Origin: Alphaproteobacteria bacterium
GTDB taxonomy: Bacteria; Planctomycetota; Phycisphaerae; UBA1845
Direction: 5' to 3'
NCBI GenBank assembly: GCA_028285105.1
Contig: JANQQE010000011.1
Location: 383,856 to 447,855, forward strand
DNA: 64,000 bases
Within the stretch, counting starts at the first letter, position 1, and each line of letters begins with the position of its first letter. The notes under the pieces are model-generated. The model saw only the letters and a list, made by a program, of their open reading frames with translations, searched no databases and had not been told where the DNA came from. Below, piece by piece: positions 9,555-19,073 of this stretch. Position numbers and translations under genes: made by a program.

Positions 9555-11306
9555 ATGAATCGAACGGTTGCCACTGCGGTATCTTTGTTGATCGGATTGT
9601 TTTTGACGACGTCAAGTGGGTTCGCGCAATTGGCCCCAGGAAGCGACGGCCGTCTCCTCGATGCGAACAACCAGGTGGGGTCCGGGGGCATTAACACTGC
9701 CACTCCTCGTAATCTGTTCAACACGTCGAATCTGTATATCACCGGAAACACCACGCGCGGCACGGCGTTTCAAGGATTCTCGCCGGTCCGCAATCAGTTC
9801 AGTCTGTTTTCTACACTTCCTTCGACGGTTCTGGCCAACTTTGAGCGTGATTCGGTCGGATTAAATTCGATCACAGGTTACGGCGCGATCGGCGTTACCA
9901 ATCCCTATTTCAATCGAACGCAAACCGTCGCCAATGCCGGGGCCATCGGTGCGGGGTTGAATCAGATCGGATCGTCGATACCCGCCAACAACTACTTCGC
10001 GCCGACGCGCCAATCCTTGCCATCCAACTCACGCCTCTATGGTTTCAACACGCTTGCCGATCAGTACAACATCAACCCAACGGCTCCGAATGCAACGATT
10101 CCCGGAACGACTCCGTTGGCCGATTTTTCGGGTTATTCGAATTCACTTGATCAACTCCGCCTGACCCGCGAGACATCCGCTCTTCAGTCTAGCCCGCTTT
10201 TTCCGAATGCCCGCGATCGATTCTCATTGTCAGGCACGCCGGTGTACCAGAACCCTTACGTCAATCCTTACGGCGAAAGTACCGATTCGCTTCTTCGCGA
10301 AACGGCACCGTTGGGACGTTCGCAGCGCTCAATTGACAATCCGCTCCGCCGGCCCAACAGCGAAGAAATGTTGACGGCATCGAATGAACTGATTTCGCCG
10401 ACATCGGTCGCGCCCCGCCTGTTTCAATCGGCGCTGACTAATCAGCGACGCGACCCACTCACAGGCAGAACGCTTCCGGATGATTCGCGGTATCTTGCGA
10501 TTCAATCTGGAGAATCGGGCAACATGATTCAACCGTCTACGTTGACGCGACCGGCCAACGCATCGATGCCAGCAGGCGCAACAACTGCTTACGGTGAGGG
10601 ATCGATCGACATCGATACGATTGCAGCCGGAAACCGTGCCGCACGATTTGAGTCCTACACACCGGACTCAATCGCAGCCGCTAACAGCTTGCTTGAGCAG
10701 CTCCAATCCAAACCCAACGTGACGGACGCGCCTGGTGACGGTGAGATGCAGAATCAAATGTCGCGTGCGCAGTCCATTCTTGACCGGGCGACTACCGAAT
10801 CACTTTCGACTCTTGCAAGCACTGAACAAACGTCAAGTGCGCAACTCATTGCAGATGCCGAGAAGCGCGTTCTTGAAGGCAACTATTACCAAGCCGCCCA
10901 GCTATACGAAATGGCTTCTCGAAAGGCTCACAATGAGGCGATGCCGCGACTTGGTCATGCCCATGCCTTATTCGCAGCCGGCGAATTTATGACAGCCTAT
11001 CGACATCTTGTACGGGCGATCGAACTCTACCCGGCGTTTGGTTATCTCAATTTTGATTTGACGACGTTTATTCCCGACGCCAACTTGATCGACGTTCGTC
11101 GGGCCAAACTCGAAGAGCAGCTAAAGAACAAGGAAGATTACCGCCTCCGATTCCTGCTTGGGTATGTGGAATACTACATCGGATTGAAGCAGTTTGGATT
11201 GCCAAACCTGCGACGGGCTGCGGGCGATGCGCCGGAAGGCTCGATTCCGAAACGCTTCCCGGACATGCTCGAACGACCCGCATCCGCTGCGAAGCCTAAG
11301 AACTAG
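9555..11306 (+). CDS. Secreted protein with an N/S/T/P-rich low-complexity region and a C-terminal TPR-like helical domain
   Basis: Signal peptide MNRTVATAVSLLIGLFLTTSSGFAQ. Long polar low-complexity middle region. The C-terminus (YYQAAQLYEMASRKAHNEAMPRLGHAHALFAAGEFMTAYRHLVRAIELYP) is TPR-like. Confidence 0.6.
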   Translation: MNRTVATAVSLLIGLFLTTSSGFAQLAPGSDGRLLDANNQVGSGGINTATPRNLFNTSNLYITGNTTRGTAFQGFSPVRNQFSLFSTLPSTVLANFERDSVGLNSITGYGAIGVTNPYFNRTQTVANAGAIGAGLNQIGSSIPANNYFAPTRQSLPSNSRLYGFNTLADQYNINPTAPNATIPGTTPLADFSGYSNSLDQLRLTRETSALQSSPLFPNARDRFSLSGTPVYQNPYVNPYGESTDSLLRETAPLGRSQRSIDNPLRRPNSEEMLTASNELISPTSVAPRLFQSALTNQRRDPLTGRTLPDDSRYLAIQSGESGNMIQPSTLTRPANASMPAGATTAYGEGSIDIDTIAAGNRAARFESYTPDSIAAANSLLEQLQSKPNVTDAPGDGEMQNQMSRAQSILDRATTESLSTLASTEQTSSAQLIADAEKRVLEGNYYQAAQLYEMASRKAHNEAMPRLGHAHALFAAGEFMTAYRHLVRAIELYPAFGYLNFDLTTFIPDANLIDVRRAKLEEQLKNKEDYRLRFLLGYVEYYIGLKQFGLPNLRRAAGDAPEGSIPKRFPDMLERPASAAKPKN

Positions 11307-11354
11307 GATCGCGAATCAATCAATCCAACTTCAGATTGCGACAGGCGGGCTTCG

Positions 11355-11660
11355 CTAGTCAGCTAACCGTACCAGTTCGCGAAAACCGATTCGATCCTGC
11401 CGTTGGATGTTTCGCCTGGGCCGACGAATAGTTCGCGATTTTCTGCGAGCAGCCACGGGGACCATCGCCAACGCCACCAACCCGACAATTGCAACGACCA
11501 TGAACACCAAACCGAATCCAAAGATCAGGGCCCAAGTCGCCAACCAGCCTCCAAAAACGACGATCGAGAACAGTGCGAATGCACATGCTCGACCCAGCAC
11601 CGAATTTTCCAGTTCTTCCGACGTATTCTGCAACGTCATGTGGGGAGCTTGCGAGATCAT
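11355..11660 (-). CDS. Small membrane protein (two predicted TM helices)
   Basis: Hydrophobic stretches FALFSIVVFGGWLATWALIFGFGLVFMVVAIVGLVALAMV followed by a basic tail. Weak call. Confidence 0.3.
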   Translation of the reverse strand: MISQAPHMTLQNTSEELENSVLGRACAFALFSIVVFGGWLATWALIFGFGLVFMVVAIVGLVALAMVPVAARRKSRTIRRPRRNIQRQDRIGFRELVRLAD

Positions 11661-11954
11661 GCCGCCTCTATGCCTCCTACAAGATTAAGGGGGAATCTTG
11701 CTGAACTGAGTTCATGCTAGCGGGCGGCGTTGGCCAAGCCTATCGGGAATTCTCTGTACGATTAATTCAGATATGCGCACATTCAAGGCGTCATTGTGAT
11801 AATTGCATTACCACTTTCTGAACTGTGATATTTAAGGGGAAACGATACTCCTTCAATCAGTAAGGCGGGCCAAGATTAATAACCACTTCACTTTGGTCTG
11901 ACTTGAATCGTTATCCGCATATGAAAACAAATCCAGTATCGCACGCCAACCTGG

Positions 11955-14672
11955 CTACATTGGGTTGCCTTCGGGTGAGTATTCTTTGGGAGCGGGAAGG
12001 TTGAGTCCCTTGAGTTGTTCCAGGATCGTCTCCTTGTCGCCAACCAAAACCAGCACCGCATTCTCCAGTGCGATCGCGTCATGGGCCATCTTGTTGAGTT
12101 GGTCCGCTGATACTTTCTTGATCTCGGCAAGGTCGCTTGATAGCTCAGTCAACGGTCGGTTGTTGCGCACCAGATCTGCCGCGACACCAAGCAACCCAGC
12201 CAACCCCGCAAACGATTGAACGGTTTGCATTCGGACAGTCGCCTGCGATTTTGCAGTTTCTTGACCGGAGACATCGCCACTTCGGATCGCCTTGAATTCA
12301 TTGAGGAACTCGCTGATCGATGCCCCGGTGGCGTCGGCTCGAACCCTTGCCGACGCGGTGAAGTAACCGACGCTGGGATTCATTGTAAAGCTGCAACGAG
12401 CACCGTAGGTGTACCCTTTGTCTTCGCGTAGATTTTGATTCAACCGGCTTGTGAAACTGCCGCCGAGAATCGTTCCCAAAAGATCGAGCGCGTTGCGGTC
12501 GGGCGAATCGTAAGCTGGTGCCGGCATGTAGAACGACACCACCGTTTGCACCGCGCCGGGGCGATTGACCAACACCAAGCGCATCGGCTGATCGCCAGTT
12601 TGTCCGTAGTCAGGTGCATTCGTCGAATTCGCGTTTGCAGCCTTCCAATTTCCAAATCGCTTCTCCAACTTCGACTTAAGATCGTCAGTCGAGATGTCGC
12701 CCGCCGCGAGAATGACGACATTGTCGCTGCCGAACATCGTACTGTGCCAAGCCTTGGCATCGGCGATTGCAATCGAATCGACCGTCTCAACCGATCCGCC
12801 GCTGCTCCGACTGTACGGATGGGCGTCCCCGAAGAATATTCGCATGCCAACCCGCGACGCGACAGCGGCCGGAAAGTCCATTCGTCGCTTCAACTGCTCG
12901 ATGTGCAAACGATGAATACGATTCCATTCGGCTTCGTCGAATCGCGGTCGAAGAATGGCGTCGGCTGCGAGGTCGAGCGATTGCTCAAGATTTCGCCCCA
13001 GCGCCGACAATCGCGCCGTCGTCGATTCGTGACCGCTCCCGACCGAGAAGTTTGCACCCAATGTATCGAGTCGATCTGAAAACTCGATCGCACTCAAATC
13101 TCCTGCACCTTCGTTCAGCATCTTGGACGTCAACGAGTACAGACCTGACTTGTCCTCTGGATCGTAATCAGAACCGCTTGGCCACAAGAATCGAAGCTCG
13201 ACAAGCGGTAATTCGCTGCGCTGCCAGTGATGCACTTGTACACCGTTTGCGAGTGCGAATGACGACGGGGTGGGCGGATCGAACGCCTTGGCAGACACCG
13301 CATTGGGCCTTGTTTCTCTGGGGTTTTCGTCTGGTGTCTTGATCTCGGGAATGACCCGCATCACCAAACGGGCGTCGGGCGTCAGCACCTTTCGTGCCGC
13401 ATCGCGAACCGAGTTGGGTGTTGCGTTTCGGTATCGATCAAGGTCGGTCTTGAATGAGTTGGGTTCGCCGAAATAGAAATCGTACATGTTCAACCGATCG
13501 GCTTTGGTGAGAATGGACTGCAAACCGGAAACGGTTTGATACTCGAGTTGGGCTTTGAGTCGCTCAAGTTCTTCCTGGGTCGGTCCATCCTCGAGAAATG
13601 TCGCAACGGTATTGTCAATCGCATCTTCAATCGCTCGCAACTCGACGCCGGGTTTGGCCGTTGCTTCGATGTAGAATAACGATCCCAGCAGCGACGACGC
13701 CTGATAGGCGCTGACGTCTGTGGCGAGTTCGTTCTTATAGATCAACTGCTGATACAACCGACTTGAGATGCCCGAAGCGAGAACGTCGGCGGCCAGGTCC
13801 ATTTCGGCATCGCCTGGTTGGAAGCGGGCCGGACTGTGGTAGACAAGATGTGTCCGTGCGTTTTGGACGTTGTCGGTGTAAGTAAGCTTCTTGACGCCAT
13901 CCATCTTGACCGGTGCCGCTTCTGCATGAATCACTTCAGACCCGCGCGGCAGTGTTCCAAACAATCGGTCGATAAGCGGTTTGATTTCGTTGGAATCAAA
14001 ATCGCCTGCCACCACAAGTGACGCATTGCTCGGCACATAATACTTTGCGAAGAAATTCTTTACATCGTCAACCGTAGCCGCTTCCAAGTCTTCATGCGAA
14101 CCGATGACCGTTCCGTGATACGGATGCCCCTCGGGGTACATGATCTGGTAGATGGCGTGATTGGCTTTTCCGTAGGGAACGTTCTCGACACTTTGGCGGC
14201 GCTCATTGCGCACGACAGCCCGTTGCTTGTCGAGTTTCTCAAGGGTCATCTCCTTGCCAAGGTCTTCGAGGCGATCCGCATCAAGCCACAACAACATGGG
14301 CAATAACTCTGCCGGACCCATCGAAAAATAGTTGGTGCGATCATCGCTGGTCGTCGCATTGTTCCATCCACCACCGGATTCCATCAAGGTATCGAAGTCA
14401 CCACCCGGTACTCGCCGAGTGCCCATGAACATCAGGTGCTCGAACAGATGGGCGAATCCCGAACGCCCGACAGCCTCATCCTTGGCACCGACGCGATACC
14501 AGATGTTGATGCAGGCGGCTGGCAGCGAATGGTCTTCGTGCAGAATGACGGTCATACCGTTGTCCAGCACGTACTTCTCGTAATTGACATCTTGGGCCTT
14601 TGCCGGAACGACGGACAGCACCAACAGCAGACACATGGCAACGATCAGGCTTCTCATATTCAATGATCCCAT
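11955..14672 (-). CDS. M16 family zinc peptidase (insulinase/pitrilysin-like, two tandem M16 units), exported
   Basis: Inverted zinc motif HxxEH (GFAHLFEHLMFMG). Signal peptide MRSLIVAMCLLLVLSVVPAKA (ATG at 14672 or 14657). 905 aa is consistent with a doubled M16 architecture. Confidence 0.85.
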   Translation of the reverse strand: MGSLNMRSLIVAMCLLLVLSVVPAKAQDVNYEKYVLDNGMTVILHEDHSLPAACINIWYRVGAKDEAVGRSGFAHLFEHLMFMGTRRVPGGDFDTLMESGGGWNNATTSDDRTNYFSMGPAELLPMLLWLDADRLEDLGKEMTLEKLDKQRAVVRNERRQSVENVPYGKANHAIYQIMYPEGHPYHGTVIGSHEDLEAATVDDVKNFFAKYYVPSNASLVVAGDFDSNEIKPLIDRLFGTLPRGSEVIHAEAAPVKMDGVKKLTYTDNVQNARTHLVYHSPARFQPGDAEMDLAADVLASGISSRLYQQLIYKNELATDVSAYQASSLLGSLFYIEATAKPGVELRAIEDAIDNTVATFLEDGPTQEELERLKAQLEYQTVSGLQSILTKADRLNMYDFYFGEPNSFKTDLDRYRNATPNSVRDAARKVLTPDARLVMRVIPEIKTPDENPRETRPNAVSAKAFDPPTPSSFALANGVQVHHWQRSELPLVELRFLWPSGSDYDPEDKSGLYSLTSKMLNEGAGDLSAIEFSDRLDTLGANFSVGSGHESTTARLSALGRNLEQSLDLAADAILRPRFDEAEWNRIHRLHIEQLKRRMDFPAAVASRVGMRIFFGDAHPYSRSSGGSVETVDSIAIADAKAWHSTMFGSDNVVILAAGDISTDDLKSKLEKRFGNWKAANANSTNAPDYGQTGDQPMRLVLVNRPGAVQTVVSFYMPAPAYDSPDRNALDLLGTILGGSFTSRLNQNLREDKGYTYGARCSFTMNPSVGYFTASARVRADATGASISEFLNEFKAIRSGDVSGQETAKSQATVRMQTVQSFAGLAGLLGVAADLVRNNRPLTELSSDLAEIKKVSADQLNKMAHDAIALENAVLVLVGDKETILEQLKGLNLPAPKEYSPEGNPM

Positions 14673-14681
14673 TGGCTAAAA

Positions 14682-15692
14682 TTAGTGGATGAATTGGTTG
14701 AATAGCTCCCGTTTTGGAAAGAGGCCAAACACGCCCCCAGTATGTACAAACAGTACGTCGCCGTCAGGTTCGATCTGACCTTCGATAACCGAACGATCGA
14801 ATGCAAACAGCGTCTTGCCGGTGTAGACCGGGTCGAGAAACACGCCAGTCGATTTTGCAAAACGGGCAATGAACTTGATTTCGGCATCACTGCTCATTGC
14901 ATATCCTTTTCCGGCAGCCGAAATCAAATCGACGTTCATGTCTTCAACCTGAATGTCGAAGTGCCAGCGTTCGACGCATCGCTTCAGATAGCCATCCAAA
15001 GTCGAAAGCCAGGATTCAGGCGTGCCATCGACTGTCGCACCCACAATGCGAGTGCGCAAACCGAAAAGCTTCGCACCGATCAGCAGTCCGGCGTATGTAC
15101 CGCCACTTCCCACCGGTACGACAACGGTAGAAACATTGGGCGCAGCCCTGGGCAAACCTTCGGCGATCTCCTGCGCAGCTCGAACGTACCCGAGAACGCC
15201 AATGTCGTCAGAACCGCCCGAGGTGATCACGTACGGCCGCTTACCTTTTTCGCGAAGTTCATCGGCAACTTTGTGCATTCGCACTGCCCGCGCGTCGCCA
15301 TCTGCATCGGCGTGAATTCGGACGTCCGCTCCGCTCATTTTCGCCAGCAGTAAATTTCCATCACAGTCATTCGGCTCATCACCCGAAAGCACCAAGACAC
15401 AATCGAATCCCAGCCGACAAGCAACGATCGCCGTCGCCCGCGCATGGTTGGACTGCACGCCACCGCAAGTCACCAGCGTATCGCAATTCTGCGCCCGCGC
15501 ATCGCCCACCAGGTATTCGAGTTTGCGGAGCTTGTTGCCAGACATAGGACAATCGGTCAAGTCATCGCGCTTGACGAACAACCGACTTGAACCCCACCCG
15601 TACGAACTCGATTCGATGGGCGTCGGAAGGCGCGCAAGTTCATGCCGCGCGGCGTGATTCCACTGGGTACCTTGCACATTCGATTCCGACAT
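14682..15692 (-). CDS. PLP-dependent enzyme of the ACC deaminase / D-cysteine desulfhydrase family
   Basis: KRDDL...GNKLRKLEYLV lysine-PLP motif region and the glycine-rich PLP loop VGSGGTYAGL. The start is placed at ATG 15692 (MSESNV...), giving about 336 aa. The ORF-track N-terminal extension to 15875 looks spurious. Confidence 0.75.
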   Translation of the reverse strand: MSESNVQGTQWNHAARHELARLPTPIESSSYGWGSSRLFVKRDDLTDCPMSGNKLRKLEYLVGDARAQNCDTLVTCGGVQSNHARATAIVACRLGFDCVLVLSGDEPNDCDGNLLLAKMSGADVRIHADADGDARAVRMHKVADELREKGKRPYVITSGGSDDIGVLGYVRAAQEIAEGLPRAAPNVSTVVVPVGSGGTYAGLLIGAKLFGLRTRIVGATVDGTPESWLSTLDGYLKRCVERWHFDIQVEDMNVDLISAAGKGYAMSSDAEIKFIARFAKSTGVFLDPVYTGKTLFAFDRSVIEGQIEPDGDVLFVHTGGVFGLFPKRELFNQFIH

Positions 15693-15910
15693 GAAATTCA
15701 ACCAACAGGCCTCTTGATCTGCAAACCGCCTCATGATCTGCAAAACAATGTAACAGGCGATTGCACCCGAACAAGCCCATACAAATTCAGACATCGTCCA
15801 GGGATTGTTACCCTTATTCGTTGACTTGCCGATTGGCGATCCATTAGCCTGAGGGTAGCACCACCGGGCATTCAAGACGGTAACCCGTCATCTCAACCTG
15901 GAACCGAACC

Positions 15911-18715
15911 ATGTGCAAGTCGCTATGGACCATTGGCTGCATCCTTTCTACGACCGCTGCCGTTTCAAACTTTCTGTCAATGCCATTGATGGCCGATACC
16001 GGTGAAGACACATATCAACCTGCGCCTCAATTCGACATCGACCAGTTCGACAATCGCGAAAAACCCGATGATGCGTACCTACCCAATCGGCAGCTGCGCG
16101 AATCGGGAACCGTGGAACAACGGCAAACTTTTTCTCGCGGACCGTACGTTTCGGTGCAAGTCAATGTCAATGCACTGGGTGCCAACAGACAGGGAGACGC
16201 CGCAAACGAGCCTTCGATCGCTGTCAATCCTCTCAATCCAAACGAAGTGGTCATCGGTTGGCGGCAGTTTGATTCGGTGGCCTCTAATTTTCGACAAGCC
16301 GGTTGGGCTTATAGCCACGATCGTGGCCAAACCTGGACGTTTCCAGGATCGATCGAATCTGGACTGTTCCGAAGTGATCCGGTTCTGAACGTCAGTCCGG
16401 AGGGCGTGTTCTATTATTACAGCTTAAATTCTAATCTAGAATGCGACATGTTTCGATCATACGACGGTGGTGTCACATGGGGGCCCCGAATTTTTGCTTT
16501 TGGCGGCGACAAAGCCTGGATGACCGTTGACCACACAAATGGCCCGGGGCGAGGCAATGTCTACACATCCTGGAGTTTCATAGGTGGTTGTTGCGGAATA
16601 AATATCTTTACTCGATCGGTAGATAATGGATTAACCTACATCGTACCGATACAGCTTCCTCTCGGTCCAAGACATGGCCAACTCGATGTTGGCCCGAATG
16701 GGGAACTGTACATTTCCGGTCGTGCTTCTGACAACAATGCTGAAGTCATCAAGTCCTCAAACGCGCAAAACTCCCTTGAAACGCCGGTATTCGAAGTCTT
16801 TACAACGCCCTTCATTGGTGGCGATACGTCTTCAGGAGGCGTGAACCCCGCTGGCCTGTTGGGGCAAATGAATATCAGTGTGGATCGGTCTAACGGGCCA
16901 ACGCATGGATACGTCTATATTCTAGGGTCGGTTGATCCTCCCGGACCTGATCCGCTGGATGTCATGTTCGCACGCAGTACGGATGGCGGACTGAATTGGG
17001 ACCCGCCGGTTCGAGTCAACGACGACGCGCTTTCAACAAATGCTTTTCAATGGTTTGGAACGATGTCTGTCGCACCCAATGGACGCATCGATGTCGTTTT
17101 TAACGATACGCGCGAATTCCCGGATGACAGCCGATCCGAACTTTACTATGCAACGTCTTCGGATGGAGGCGTTACATGGGCCGAGAATATCCCAGTCAGT
17201 CCTTCGTTCGACCAAAGCTTGGGATATCCAAACCAGGACAAGCTGGGCGACTATTACGACATGGTCTCTGACAATATTGGCGTGGGCGTCGCCTACGCAG
17301 CAACCTTCAATGGCGAGCAGGACGTTTACTACTTGCGAATCAATCCTTTCGATTGCAATGAAAATGGCGTTGACGATTCGGATGACGTCAGCTTGGGGAC
17401 CAGCCTGGACTGCAACGAAAACTCTTTCCCAGATGAATGTGAAGGCGACTGCAATGCGTCAGGCATTCCCGACGACTGCGATGTCGCAAGCCAGACAAGC
17501 ACCGATTGCAACAGCAACGGTTTCCCGGATGAGTGTGAAACCGACTGCAATTCAAATGGCGTCCCGGACGATTGCGACATTCTGAACATGACCAGCGACG
17601 ACTGCAATCAGAGTTTCGTGCCGGATGAGTGCGAGCTTGTTGGCAGCGATTGCGATTTCAATCAGGTTCTGGACGAATGCCAGTTGGATGAATTGGCGGG
17701 TTCACTGACATCACCGACAGATCAATCCGTATGTCCCGGTAGCAGCTCGGTTTTTTCAGTCAGCTCGCCACTTGGAGGACTTGCCTATCAATGGGAGAAG
17801 AACGGCATTCCGCTTGTCGAAGGCGTCGATGGCAATGGTACAGCAACAGCCAACTTGACCCTCACAAACGTAGATGCGTCAGATGTGGGTTCTTACACCT
17901 GCGTCGTGAATTCAGGTTGCATTTCCACTGAGAGCGCCTCTGCCTTGCTCAGTCTGTTTGAACCCGTGGCGATCACCCAACAACCAACAGGTCTCTCACA
18001 GACCTGTGCGGGAAATACAGTCGTATTTGGGATAGAAACCGTCGGCGACAACGTTTCATACGTGTGGCAGAAGGACGGAATACCGCTGGTTGAAATGCCC
18101 GGATTAATTGAAGATGTCGATACCGCGCAACTTCGCATTCTCGACATTAGCGCATCGGATATCGGCGATTACAGTTGCGTCGTCGCCGACAGTTGCGGTG
18201 GCTCGGAGGAATCCGAATCTGCGACGTTTTCCGTTGGTAACGCCAGTTTTGTTGTTCAGCCAACACCCGTTTGCGTCGAAGCAGGTGACACGATTGCGTT
18301 GACAGCCACCCCTGATGCCGGCGGACTTTCAATCTTCCGACAATGGCATAAGGACGATGCTCCACTCTTTGACAGTGGCAATGTTTCCGGGGCGTTTACG
18401 GACACGCTGACAATCCAAAAAGCCTCCGTTGCAAACGAAGGCGAATATGCGTTGAGGGCGCTGGCCATTGGACCGAACTGTGTCACGTTCAGTGAGCCCG
18501 TCAATGTTGTTCTCGATTCGTGCGTTTGCAATTCACCAGGCGACATCGATGAGGACGGCGACATCGACCTGGCAGACCTTCATCGATTTACGCAGTGCTT
18601 TGGGAGCAATGTCGCCGTTGTCAATGTGTGCGCCTGTGCGAATATTGACGACACCGACGACATGGTCAATCTTTTTGATTGGACGCCTTATGCGCCTCTC
18701 GTGGACGGCCCCTGA
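15911..18715 (+). CDS. Giant secreted BNR/Asp-box repeat beta-propeller protein (sialidase-like fold) with DCNxNGxPDxCE repeats, three Ig-like domains and a C-terminal dockerin-like domain
   Basis: Signal peptide. Four Asp-boxes (SHDRGQTW, SYDGGVTW, STDGGLNW, SSDGGVTW). Tandem repeats DCNENG..DCNSNGFPDECETDCNSNGVPDDCD. Three repeats of the QWxKDGxPL Ig-like pattern. C-terminus GDIDEDGDIDLADLHRFTQCFG...NIDDTDDMVNLFDWTPYAPLVDGP. Confidence 0.75.
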   Translation: MCKSLWTIGCILSTTAAVSNFLSMPLMADTGEDTYQPAPQFDIDQFDNREKPDDAYLPNRQLRESGTVEQRQTFSRGPYVSVQVNVNALGANRQGDAANEPSIAVNPLNPNEVVIGWRQFDSVASNFRQAGWAYSHDRGQTWTFPGSIESGLFRSDPVLNVSPEGVFYYYSLNSNLECDMFRSYDGGVTWGPRIFAFGGDKAWMTVDHTNGPGRGNVYTSWSFIGGCCGINIFTRSVDNGLTYIVPIQLPLGPRHGQLDVGPNGELYISGRASDNNAEVIKSSNAQNSLETPVFEVFTTPFIGGDTSSGGVNPAGLLGQMNISVDRSNGPTHGYVYILGSVDPPGPDPLDVMFARSTDGGLNWDPPVRVNDDALSTNAFQWFGTMSVAPNGRIDVVFNDTREFPDDSRSELYYATSSDGGVTWAENIPVSPSFDQSLGYPNQDKLGDYYDMVSDNIGVGVAYAATFNGEQDVYYLRINPFDCNENGVDDSDDVSLGTSLDCNENSFPDECEGDCNASGIPDDCDVASQTSTDCNSNGFPDECETDCNSNGVPDDCDILNMTSDDCNQSFVPDECELVGSDCDFNQVLDECQLDELAGSLTSPTDQSVCPGSSSVFSVSSPLGGLAYQWEKNGIPLVEGVDGNGTATANLTLTNVDASDVGSYTCVVNSGCISTESASALLSLFEPVAITQQPTGLSQTCAGNTVVFGIETVGDNVSYVWQKDGIPLVEMPGLIEDVDTAQLRILDISASDIGDYSCVVADSCGGSEESESATFSVGNASFVVQPTPVCVEAGDTIALTATPDAGGLSIFRQWHKDDAPLFDSGNVSGAFTDTLTIQKASVANEGEYALRALAIGPNCVTFSEPVNVVLDSCVCNSPGDIDEDGDIDLADLHRFTQCFGSNVAVVNVCACANIDDTDDMVNLFDWTPYAPLVDGP

Positions 18716-19073
18716 GGCGCGGCAATCCGTCCGCGGCATTAAAGATACACTTCGGATACACGATACGTCGTTTATCGGCCAAAGACTGCAAATGCACGCT
18801 TGTAACAACACCTGCGCCTCCAATACAATGCATGTAGGTGTGTGATGGTCTTCGCTGTTGACCGGCAATTCTGATTCAGGGACAGAGCGCGCGTCAACCG
18901 ATCATCAATCGATAAAACCAGTCTGGACTCTTATAACCTAACCGGGCGACTCGGTATTCCGAGTAACTCGGTTTGTATGCGCGGTTCGCGCATCGATTGG
19001 CCGAGGCTTTGGTGCGGCTCAATTTGAACGAATTTGGAATTCACCAAGACAACCATTCGGAGACTGAATAAGC

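Noticed and set aside
9361-9615. Possible rpmH (L34) upstream of rnpA
   Set aside because: I translated all three minus-strand frames in this region and none resembles L34 (MKRTFQPS...GRKRLTV). It is recorded as an anomaly rather than annotated.
12435-13342. Plus-strand ORFs of 190-214 aa (12435..13079, 12767..13342) inside the M16 peptidase gene
   Set aside because: They are antisense or alternative-frame ORFs within a well-supported 905-aa peptidase gene carrying the HxxEH motif. Their Arg/Ser-rich composition is typical of GC-rich spurious frames.
14742-15353. 203-aa plus-strand ORF overlapping the ACC deaminase family gene
   Set aside because: It is opposite-strand to a gene with clear PLP-enzyme motifs and has no recognisable features.
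15693-15875. ORF-track N-terminal extension of the ACC deaminase family gene
   Set aside because: Family members are about 330-340 aa. The internal ATG at 15692 gives the expected length. The extension has odd composition (MNARWCYPQANGSP...).
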